Source: a virus
Taxonomy: Duplodnaviria; Caudoviricetes
Length of the DNA: 53,167 bases
Direction: 5' to 3' (one strand)
IMG/VR virus record: IMGVR_UViG_3300025120_000073
Coordinates: 1-53,167 of that record
In this document: in pieces, positions 25,707 through 35,500 of the stretch
Numbering within the stretch: position 1 is the first letter of the stretch
Layout of the letters: every line of letters begins with the position of its first letter
Notes under the pieces: model-generated
What the model was told of the DNA's origin: nothing
The model's database searches: none
Seen by the model: only the letters and a program-made list of their open reading frames with translations
Translations under genes and position numbers: made by a program

Positions 25707-26594
25707 ATGAAAATAACAAACAAAACTGGGTTACCAGATTCTTTTGTCAATTTTGCCCGTGATGACAAGTACACGAAGGGCAAAGCTGATATCAGCGTAA
25801 CAACATTAATTGATAGTCCTCGTGTTCGAATCATGAAGGATCTTCATGCCCACAAATTAGAAGCAGATGTTGTCGATATGATCTGGCCTCTATTTGGTAC
25901 GGCAGTCCATCATATTTTAGAAAGTTCAAAGAATACTGATGGTGTGACAATCGAAGAGCGATTGTTTGGTGAAGCACTTGGTTGGACGCTGAGTGGAGCG
26001 ATAGACCATCAGGAACTTTTGGATGATGGCACTGTTCGGATTACAGATTACAAAGTTACTTCAGCTTGGTCAGTTATTCTTGGAAAAGATGAATGGGCGT
26101 TACAGCAGAACTGTTATTCTTGGCTCATCAAAAACTCTATTGATGGAAAGAATAGGGGAAGAGATGTAAGTAGCTTACGCATCTGTGCCATACTGCGTGA
26201 CTGGCAGAGAAAGAAAGCTTTGTTCGACAAAGACTACCCACAAGCTCCAATAGTTATTGTAGATCTTCCTGTTTGGTCTGGCAGAAAATCTAATGATTAT
26301 ATCCATGAAAGAATTACCCATCATCAGGACGCACAGATTATGTACGACACTGAAGATAGATTGCCATTGTGTAGCTCAGAAGAAATGTGGGCAAAACCAG
26401 ATACATTTGCAGTCAAAGAGAAGGGGAAAGTAAGAGCTAAAAGAGTTCTTAATTCCGAAGAAGAAGCCAAAGAATATATTGGTGATAAAGAAAACTTAGC
26501 AATTGAATTTCGTCAAGGTGAACGCACTAGGTGCGAAGGATATTGTTCTGTTTCAGAGTATTGCGATCAGTTTAACGGATGGAGAAAAACATGA
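25707..26594 (+). CDS. PD-(D/E)XK exonuclease (RecB/Cas4-like)
   Basis: GTAVH, EERL, SGAID, DYKVT, QQNCY; C-terminal C..YC...C cluster; next to ERF. Confidence 0.8.
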   Translation: MKITNKTGLPDSFVNFARDDKYTKGKADISVTTLIDSPRVRIMKDLHAHKLEADVVDMIWPLFGTAVHHILESSKNTDGVTIEERLFGEALGWTLSGAIDHQELLDDGTVRITDYKVTSAWSVILGKDEWALQQNCYSWLIKNSIDGKNRGRDVSSLRICAILRDWQRKKALFDKDYPQAPIVIVDLPVWSGRKSNDYIHERITHHQDAQIMYDTEDRLPLCSSEEMWAKPDTFAVKEKGKVRAKRVLNSEEEAKEYIGDKENLAIEFRQGERTRCEGYCSVSEYCDQFNGWRKT

Positions 26595-27133
26595 GCGATA
26601 ATTTAAAATTTATGAGCGAGAAGTTAACAACCGCTGTGAGGGCATTAACAAAAGCCCAGAAGGAATTTAATACACCTGAAAAGGATGCTACCAATGGATA
26701 CCTTGGTAACAAATATGCTAGTTTAAAAAGTTGTTTAAACACACTTAAACCTACTTTGCACGACAACGGCTTTGCACTTACTCAAGAAGGTGGCAAGGAT
26801 GAGTTTGGTCATTTTATAGATACAAAGTTTATTCATGAAACAGGTGATTCTTTTTCGAGTAGAATCTATCTTGAATTAGATAAAAGTAATATGCAGGGCG
26901 TTGGAAGCGCAGTGACATACGCAAAGAGATACGGCTTATTGAGTTTAGCCGCTATGGAGCCAGATGAAAATCCTGATGATGATGATGCAAATAAGGCATC
27001 AGGAACTAAACCTAAAAAAAGTTCAATTGAACAAAAAGCCGAGAAGATCCCCGCTGCCGGGCAGCAATCTTCAGGGAATTTACCCGAAAAAAAAGAACAA
27101 CCTGCGCCTGAAATTGATGGCTTAGATTTTTAA
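26591..27133 (+). CDS. ERF-family single-strand annealing recombinase
   Basis: KYASL, QGVGSAVTYAKRYGLLSLA, DDDAN. Confidence 0.88.
   Translation: MSDNLKFMSEKLTTAVRALTKAQKEFNTPEKDATNGYLGNKYASLKSCLNTLKPTLHDNGFALTQEGGKDEFGHFIDTKFIHETGDSFSSRIYLELDKSNMQGVGSAVTYAKRYGLLSLAAMEPDENPDDDDANKASGTKPKKSSIEQKAEKIPAAGQQSSGNLPEKKEQPAPEIDGLDF
27021..27032. repeat. dispersed palindrome, copy 8
   Basis: Exact copy in the ERF linker as SSIE. Confidence 0.95.
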
Positions 27134-27393
27134 TGGAAGACGACAAGCCTTTGGGTGTTATCACAAATACTATTTCATGGGATAAGAAATACAAAACCCC
27201 ATTTAGGTTTTATGATTGGCACTCATGGGCTGATGTTCTTTGCGCTTGGATTGATGGAGCAAAGAGTGTCGAACAATTACAGAAATTTGCTAATGCAAAT
27301 AAGAGGTCTATTAACCTCGCACAACACGAAAACCTGACTTCATACGAGTCAGTAATAGATAAGCTCAAATATAAAAAGAAGGAACTATCATGA
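27133..27393 (+). CDS. hypothetical protein
   Basis: 86 aa; TAATG overlap. Confidence 0.7.
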   Translation: MEDDKPLGVITNTISWDKKYKTPFRFYDWHSWADVLCAWIDGAKSVEQLQKFANANKRSINLAQHENLTSYESVIDKLKYKKKELS

Positions 27394-27674
27394 CAGAGCA
27401 ACTAAAAAAACCAAGCGGCGTATTGTTTAAACAAAAAAACAAAACAAAAGAAAGCCAACCAGATCATACTGGCAACATTGAGCTAAGTATTGATATGGTT
27501 AAACAGATTGTAGCCGAGATCAAATCAAACGCTAGTAAGTATGCTAACGAACATTTTAAGATTGATCTTGCCTGTTGGGAAAACATCGCAAAATCTGGTC
27601 AGCCTTACATGAGTGTTAGGGCAAGCATCCCTGAGAAAAAGGATGATGATCTCAATGATGAGATACCTTTTTAA
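27390..27674 (+). CDS. putative single-stranded DNA-binding protein
   Basis: GVLFK..QPDHTG..LACW..YMSV; acidic tail DDLNDEIPF typical of SSBs. Confidence 0.65.
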   Translation: MTEQLKKPSGVLFKQKNKTKESQPDHTGNIELSIDMVKQIVAEIKSNASKYANEHFKIDLACWENIAKSGQPYMSVRASIPEKKDDDLNDEIPF

Positions 27675-27676
27675 AA

Positions 27677-28192
27677 ATGAAACCAATTAACATTAGGCTT
27701 ACTGCTGAAGAAGTTAATAAATGTAATCAAGCTGCTACTTTAAGGTGGCAGCTTGCTAGAGCAAGTGGTGTTGTAAACCAAAGAAAAGATGGCAGTAGGG
27801 ATGATGGAGATATTGATTTACTAGGTATAAAAGCAGAGGTGGCTGTAGCAAATTTATTGGACTGTAAGTATAGCCCATTTGAATTTGGTGTAGATACTGG
27901 AACTGATTTTTTTCTTGGAAAGGTATCTATAGATGTTAAAAGCACTTTTTATAAAACAGGAAAGCTATTATTTAAATCTAAAGACTATTTTAAAGCAGAC
28001 TGCTCTGTACTAGTTTCATCAACAAATGATGACAATGTAATGAGCGTTGTAGGTTATTCTTCACAGAAATACTTTTTAGAAAATTGTGTACCTGATAACT
28101 TAGGTCATGGTCAGTGCGTTACCTTAAAACAGGATCAGCTAAAGCCTATGGAAAATCTATGGAGATATCATGTGGCTAATAAATTCAAATGA
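27677..28192 (+). CDS. putative PD-(D/E)XK-fold nuclease
   Basis: GIKAEVAVA..DTGTD..IDVKST pattern. Confidence 0.55.
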   Translation: MKPINIRLTAEEVNKCNQAATLRWQLARASGVVNQRKDGSRDDGDIDLLGIKAEVAVANLLDCKYSPFEFGVDTGTDFFLGKVSIDVKSTFYKTGKLLFKSKDYFKADCSVLVSSTNDDNVMSVVGYSSQKYFLENCVPDNLGHGQCVTLKQDQLKPMENLWRYHVANKFK

Positions 28193-28482
28193 CACTAATT
28201 CCGAAACATAAAAATATTCGGGATGAGAAATACCTGAAGACTATACGGGGGCTTCCCTGTTTGGTCTGTGGTCGTGGCGCAGAGGCGCATCACCTAATGT
28301 GCGTGGGGGAACGTGGGTTAGGTTATCGCTCAGGGGATAACTGGGCAGTGCCTCTGTGCCGCAATTGTCATACGGACTTACATCGATTTGGCAATGAAAA
28401 GAAATGGTGGAACCTAGAAGGTATCGATGTGATTGAGTGGGCTAAGATAAATTGGGAGAGATATCATGGTAACGATAACTAA
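28189..28482 (+). CDS. DUF968-like / HNH-like zinc-binding protein
   Basis: YLKTIRGLPCLVCG..EAHH..DNWAVPLCRNCH..LH. Confidence 0.75.
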   Translation: MTLIPKHKNIRDEKYLKTIRGLPCLVCGRGAEAHHLMCVGERGLGYRSGDNWAVPLCRNCHTDLHRFGNEKKWWNLEGIDVIEWAKINWERYHGNDN

Positions 28483-28648
28483 AAAAACTATACAGAAATA
28501 TGTATGTCCAAAGTGCAAAGCAAAATCTGGTGAATCTTGTGGTCACAGAAAAGATAAATCAAGAAGTCATCATGCTAGAATGGAACTCGCTCAAAAAAAA
28601 GAAAAAGAAAGACTTTTTTATAAATTAAAAAGAAAGTTAGGTAAATGA
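28466..28648 (+). CDS. small zinc-finger protein
   Basis: CPKCKAKSGESC..HHAR. Confidence 0.65.
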   Translation: MVTITKKTIQKYVCPKCKAKSGESCGHRKDKSRSHHARMELAQKKEKERLFYKLKRKLGK

Positions 28649-28890
28649 GTACACACACACTGAAAGCTAATCGTAGGCATCCCGATGCAGATCGACAATG
28701 CATACAGGTTGGTCACATTACTTTCGAATATAGCAGAAAGAATAAGACTTTCTGTTTAAAGGCTTGTGAAGCTGTGAATGCAAAAGACAGAAGACCTTTG
28801 TTTACAGGTTTTATTGAGAAAGGAATGGCTGAAGAGCTAATGCGTTTAGCATCTGTTTTTAGGCAAATATCGGAGGAAAAAGATGAGTGA
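28645..28890 (+). CDS. hypothetical protein
   Basis: ATGA overlap; packed operon. Confidence 0.7.
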   Translation: MSTHTLKANRRHPDADRQCIQVGHITFEYSRKNKTFCLKACEAVNAKDRRPLFTGFIEKGMAEELMRLASVFRQISEEKDE

Positions 28891-29296
28891 AGTTAGAAGT
28901 AACGCTATGAATTTTGAGGCAGTAAAGGTTTCAATGCAACAAAATAAAGATGGAGTTATGTTAAGATTAGCTGTGCATCCAAATGACTGCCCATCTGATT
29001 TACACACAGATTGGGTTGGGAGCCGCTATATGGTCGCTATGGTTAAGCTAAACGATCAAGATGAGATAGAGACCAGACAGAACGAACAAGCCATACAGAG
29101 GATCATATCGTCCTGTGGGTTACTATGTAGGGAGATAGATTTCCAGACCTACCTTGGCGTTGACGATGAAGATTCCGCTGTAAGTATGATTAGAGAGAAG
29201 TGTGGAATATCTTCTAGAACAGAATTTAGAGACAATGTAACTGCTAGAGAAAAATTTATTGAAATCCGTGAGGAGTATAAGAAATGGACGAAGTAG
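28883..29296 (+). CDS. hypothetical protein
   Basis: GGAGG RBS; FEAVKVSM, CGISSRTE. Confidence 0.75.
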   Translation: MSEVRSNAMNFEAVKVSMQQNKDGVMLRLAVHPNDCPSDLHTDWVGSRYMVAMVKLNDQDEIETRQNEQAIQRIISSCGLLCREIDFQTYLGVDDEDSAVSMIREKCGISSRTEFRDNVTAREKFIEIREEYKKWTK

Positions 29297-29469
29297 AAGA
29301 TAGGTACATGAACACTGTTGAGCTTAGGAACTACATGTCTGTTTCTAAAGCAACCCTGTGGAGAATTATGAATAATGATGATAAAATGCCGAAACCTTTT
29401 AAGGTTGGCGAACGTGGTGTACGTTGGAGAAAATCAGAGATAGACCAATGGTTAGAGGACACTAGGTAG
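29284..29469 (+). CDS. AlpA/excisionase-like winged-HTH DNA-binding protein
   Basis: YMNTVELRNYMSVSKATLWR..MPKPFKVGERGVRWRKSEIDQWL. Confidence 0.85.
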   Translation: MDEVEDRYMNTVELRNYMSVSKATLWRIMNNDDKMPKPFKVGERGVRWRKSEIDQWLEDTR

Positions 29470-29473
29470 TTAA

Positions 29474-29541
29474 TTCTTGAGGAGCAATACATCCTATTGT
29501 TTGCATGCCTGATCGAGGGGCAGGTTCCTCAAGAACCCCTC
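29474..29541. ncRNA. three-way-junction/pseudoknot element between convergent operons
   Basis: TTCTTGAGGA/TCCTCAAGAA outer stem, two inner hairpins; loop GAGGGG (29515-29520) complementary to CCCCTC (29536-29541). Confidence 0.45.
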
Positions 29542-29550
29542 ACCAAAAAA

Positions 29551-29562
29551 GTTCAATTGAAC
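29551..29562. repeat. dispersed palindrome, copy 9
   Basis: Exact copy; supplies the TGA stop of the giant gene. Confidence 0.95.
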
Positions 29563-32500
29563 TCTTTTAGCAAAACATTGGCTCTTTTAGTTAGTTTTTG
29601 TTTTGCTTTATCTAATCTGTCTAGTAACTCTTTTTTCTTTTCGTCAGTAAGAGTTCTGCTATCCCTAACATTATTTATTTGACGAGAGATCTTACGCCTT
29701 TGATTTTCTATCTGTCTAATAATACCTATAAATCGTATTTCATCTGCATAATCAGATCTAATTTTGGCTACTGCCTCTGAACTACCTGATTCAGATGCGG
29801 CCTTAAGTTCGTCCTTGGCTATAAGTATTTTGTCTCTTTTCTCTAGGTAGTCACCAAGGTCTTCTCTTGGAGAAACACTGCTGTATATTTTTCTAGTAAA
29901 CGGTATAGATCGATACAGTTCTTCCTGTAGTCCATCACCAGAAAGTTTGGTTGGCAACTCTACCGTTCTCTGTGCGAAGCGTCCGATACCACCAGTTATA
30001 TATTCAAACCAAAACTCTAGAACATCAGGAGATACATCTACAAGACCACTGCTTGCCGATGATCCTCCTGTTAAAGAGTTTACATTATCAGCAATCCATT
30101 TAGCAGAGGGTGATGTCGTAGACCAATATAGTTGAGAAGAAGGAGTTCTATCGCCCGGAAAGCCTTCTTTAAATACTGGTTTTCCTGTAAAATCTTCATT
30201 ACTTATTATGTCTATAAATGGGTCAGCTATTGTAGGAGCAACAGCATTATCTATGCCGTAATCCCAGATACCACCTATTGGGCTAAGAGTATCAATGGTT
30301 GTGCCAACTATAGAGTTACCTGCACCTTTTAGATCTGTGCCGCCTCTCGCAAGTTGGCTCATAGCTCTGCCAACATTATGAGCCATATTTAATCCGTATG
30401 GCATTGGGATAGATATGTATCCTCTTTCAGAGAAAGGGTTCATAATAATAAAATTATGCTCTAGCACATACTCAGGTATTTTATCATATGTTAGCTTACC
30501 ATCTTCGCCCTCATCTGAAAGAAGGCTGTTAAGCTGATCTTGCAATACACCTGCCGCTATAATGCCTAACCAAATCTGTTGTACTTTCTTTGATCGAGTG
30601 GCAGCATTTAAAAGTGCAAATGAACCTTGTAGAGATGCATTGTAAAATAAGTACCAAGCATTCATTAGTGATCTGTACTCACCACCTTTAGAGAAGTTAA
30701 CAGTGACACTTCCTGCAGCTTGAGCTGCACGTTCTCTGTTATACCCCTTATCTAACAAAGCTTTATAGGTTGCGACACGAACACCATTCTCAACGATAGT
30801 GTTGTAGTCTTCCATAAACTGTAGAAGTGATTTTCCTTTGCCTAAGAATTTTTGTTTAACAATTCCAAACTTACCCTTTTGACCTGCTTCGCCAATATCT
30901 CCTATAATACCTCTTAAATTGTTCATCTGATCAGCGATTGTGTCCATTTGGTTGGTAGCGTTTTTACCACCTGCTTCCACAAAATCTTCGTATATCTTTG
31001 ACCATTCTAAATTAGATTCAGGATCAGTTTTAGACTTTGCAAAAATTGGGGTTGATCGTATAGATTTTTCAATTCCTCCAAGAGCAGGTCTGACACCTTT
31101 TAGTATAGCCTTTGTCATACCTTTTTCTTCGTACTGATTTACGTTTACACCTGCTGTACTAAGGTCTCGTAAAAAGTTGCTAACAACAAACTCTGGGTTG
31201 TATGATGTGTTAATGTTTGAAAGGTATCTGTTTACCTTCAACATACCCCTGTTAATTATATTCATACTAGCAGAGCCAAGACCACTGCTTCCCTTCATAG
31301 CTTTAGCTATTTTTTCGTCTTCGAACCTAACGTATACATCAGCACCGTTTTCTTTAACTGTCATGATCATAGGATCTTGAGCGGCATTAAAGTCAGGGCT
31401 TTCTTTTGTTACTGGCCTACCGTCAGACATGACGGTTCTTCTTTGAGTTGGGATACGATCTAATATTTTAGCATAAACACCAGTTTTCTCAGTATCTGCC
31501 CGCAGAAGTTTTAGGAAAGATTGACCAACTAAATTTTTCTCTGATTTAACAACTGAGTTCTGGTTTTGAGCTATCGTTGTAGCAAAAATGTCTGTGGCGT
31601 ATTTATACCGACCAAGGGCCGTTGGGTCTTGCCTACCTTTTCCCCCAAAAGATCCACCAAGAGAAGCACCAAGTCCTATGTCTTGCTCGTTCTCTGGGTC
31701 AAAAACACCCCGAAGTGGGACATAATTCTGGTAATTTGTAAATTCTATAAACTCTTTTGGAATTAAACCTGAATCAATTCTAACTTTGTTTGTATCTTTA
31801 ATTATGCTTTTTACAGCAGTGCCGAAATTAGACACCGTTGTTTTATTTTCTGCATTGAGACTGTTGAACCAATCTAATATTGCATCTGCCTCACGATCAG
31901 ACATTGCAGACCCTTCAGGATTATTAGAGTCTTTGTTGGCTCGAATGTATGCGTTTCTTTCTTTTGCGTGACTGGCATATAAATAAATATCTCCCAGCGC
32001 TAGAACTTTGTTTTTTGAGCTTTCTATAGCTTGTGAGACAAAACCTTTACCATTAGCAGCGCTATCAGAAATTCTTTGTAAATTATTAATTTCTGCATCT
32101 GTTACATTTAACTGGTTTAGTGCGTCAGTGGCATTCTTATAAATGCCTTTCTCTCTCTTGAGTAATTCATTTGTAGTTTTACGGTGATACAATTCCTCTT
32201 TTAGGTAAGTATCCATAGCATCAACAATAGTAAGGCCTTGTTCTTTTAGCTCTTGTATCATTCTGCCTACGGGCAGGAAGCTATCTTGAAACCTTCTAAG
32301 TACTTCGTCAGCGGCCTTCTGCGCCCTGTCTGCAGGTAATGCAATCCTGAATGCTTTTCCAATAAAATCTGCTGATCGAGCATAGTTTTGATAATACTGT
32401 TTTTCTTGTATTTGATTTGGCAAACTAGCAGGGTTTAAGCTGTATTGAACTTTACCATTTCTAATAGCCCTGTCTTCTGGTTGTATGTTTGCGTAGAAGG

Positions 32501-35500
32501 TTTTTACCTCAAAAGCACCATTAGGAGCCTCTCTGTCTTTAACTAGAACCAATGTTAAAGGTGGAGATACCTCTGGTGTGTTTCGTGTCCATTGTAATAC
32601 AGCAGTGGGTCTTCCGTTATCTATCTCGGTAGAAAGCTCAACTCCCTCTGGATCGCTTTTAAATCCCTGACGTTTAAATTTCTCAAGGATGTCTATAATT
32701 GCTTTTTGAACTGGTCTTGGGTACTTACTATAGTTGGAGTATCTCTTAAGCTCTCCTTCGTGTCTTCTATCTAAAATGTGCCTAAGCCCAGTGCCAACTC
32801 CTATTCCAGATACTTCTGTATTTTCCCCTGCTCGAAGAAACACTGGTTTTTTATTTATAAATCCATGAGCATTAGATCTTATATCATCGGGATCGAGATC
32901 AGGTCTCTTCATAATTGTCTTAGGCTCTATGTTACCTAAAGAAAAAGATGTAGATTCAACAGCTTGAGTATCTGATGTAAGGTCTTCAATTATTTGTGCT
33001 TGTTGTTCAGTAAAAGCGGAAGGTTCAATTGAACTTTCTTCTTTTGCTACTGCAGGATCAATGTCTTTTGTAATATTTGTATCAGCAAAATTTATTATCT
33101 TATCTGGTGAAAAATCACTTTCAACTTCTTCTGCACCATTAAAGTATTTAAGTTCTGCTCTTATACTTGGAACATCAAACTCTGAACCAACAGCAACTCT
33201 TGTATTACCTTCTATTATATAAGGCTGTCCTCTGTGATTAACTCCAACCACGATGGCACTACCACCGTACTGACCATCTGCTTGTTCAGGATCAAATCCT
33301 TCTTTAGAAACTTTTTCTCTAAGAGCTTGATACCTTGCATCTGATCCAGATCTAACCTCATCATTTGCTCCAGTTAGAGTACGAAGAAAAGATGTTTTTA
33401 TAAATAAAGGTTTTTTCTCAAAATCCATTCCCATAACAGCAGTTATTGGGCCAGTTAAAAGTTTTCCAACAGCACCATCAGGATCTCCTGCAGCAGCTTC
33501 TTCTGCTATTTTTTGTTTTCTTAAAATATATTCTTCGTTACCATCTCGAACTGATGGATTGTCTTGTCTGTAGCCAAACTTTTCACGAGCTACTATAAAT
33601 CCTTCTCTGTCTGCTGAGGTGAGCCTTGATCCTGTTGTTGCTTCGGAGCCGAGGCTGTATCTTCTGTCGAGGTCTGAGTTCCCTCTTCTAGAGGCGTCCT
33701 TGCTTTTTCCAGTCCTCTCATCGCTTCTAAGAACTGAGCCATTGGATTTTGCATCTTCATACTCCCTTGCTAATTTATCTACAGAGCCTCTGTCTATTTC
33801 ATCAACCCTTTCAAACCAAGGGATGTCGGCTCTTGACGTTACTTTAAAATTACCTTGTTTAAATATACCTGTTTTAGAATTTTTTCTACTAGCGTCTTTA
33901 GACATAACACCAGTAAAATCTTTAAATGTTTGAGGTGTCATGTAAACCACATCACCATCTGACAAAGGATATTCTACAACAGTGGCGTTTGATCCTTTTA
34001 GGTATGTCATGTTTGATGAGAAAGTATCTGTCTTACCTTCAGTGACCCTAGTTCCTACAGTCTTTCTGTCTATGATTGCTTTCAAGGAGCCGTGATTAAC
34101 AACCTGCTCTCCTTCAATCACCCAAGTCTCCCAGTGGAACCTGCCTAGGGAAGCATCATTTGGTCTTCCAACTAATTCATAGGCTTTATTAACATTCTTA
34201 CGCATACCATTTTCAAGCATACGAGTAACAAGAATACCTTTTGGGCCTCTAAATATTCCGTTAAGACCTTCACCATTTGGCCCAATGCCATCATAAATAT
34301 TAGCTCCACCGTATCTGCCATCATCCCATAGGTGTCTGCCTTGTATTCTGTCCATCACAAGAACATCATCTTTACCTGCAACAAGAAGAATAAAGGATAA
34401 TACTTTATTATCTATTCCTGCGCCTTCTGTGTTTGAAAGAAATGTTTCTCTTATATCAGACGCTAAAACATTCTGATCTACCATTTGTTCATGAACTAAA
34501 TCAAGAGTTGTTCTGTTTGTGTTCGGAATCATTTGTGACATTGCAGAAACTAATTTAGCTGCTGCGTTTACGTTCATAGTAACTTGTTTTCCGGGTGAAC
34601 CTTCAGGAATTGCCGTGGAAACTTCAAGCATCCATCGATCAAGATCATCATCCGTCAAAGGTTCACGAACAGCTTTCTCTAACAATGGATGAGCTTGATC
34701 AATTACATCTATGTATGCTGACTCTTGTTGAACTGGCCCTGCGCCTCTTGAAAGTATTCCCCAGATAAATAAATCCAAGGTCATTCTAGGCGTAGCGTTA
34801 CCGCTGTTATATATATTTTGTAAATCTTTTACATGACCAAAGCCTTCATCCACACCCTTTCTTAACTCTGGCGTAAGAGCTTTAAGCTTCTCAGCCATAG
34901 CTTCGGGTGAAGAACTATACTGTATAGCAACAAGGGGTGGAGCAGGAATATATTCACCACCGAAAGCATCTTGCATTGCGTCCATCCAGTTTTCTACAGA
35001 ATCTGTAGCGTTTGGATGTTGCTCTAAAATTTGTTCAATTGAACTATTATTTCTTTCAGCATTACCTCTGTTGTACTTTTGCGTAATCTGTATGGTTTCT
35101 GGTCTGCCCGAACCCTCTATCAACAATTCATGCGGTAACTTATGCGCTCTAGAGCCATCTGGAGCAAACGGAAGCTTGGGAGTGAAGTTTTTAAGTGAGA
35201 AAGCTAACGCCTCAGACTCAACGTCAGCTTCTGGGTCTCCAAAATCTCTATTTAAAATCATTTGGAAAGGCTTCTTCTCAGATGAGATGATGCCTCTAGC
35301 CCCTATGTTTCCGCTTCTGATATTATCAAATATATCCTCTACACTAGATATACCTACATCGTTATTGCTTTTGACTATACTGACAAAGAAATCCTTGATG
35401 CGCTGCATAAGTGTTCGAGGCTTGCCAGATAGTTTGATTTTATTATCCGCGTAATCTCTAAACAGCTCTGCCACTGACTCTTCTTCGATAGTGGCCTCAG

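Noticed and set aside
25707-26594. Cas4-like gene as a sign of CRISPR-Cas
   Set aside because: No array or other cas genes; adjacency to ERF and an SSB-like gene indicates a recombination exonuclease.
34487-34496. GTTCATGAAC as another palindrome copy
   Set aside because: Spacer is 2 bp rather than 4; likely chance.
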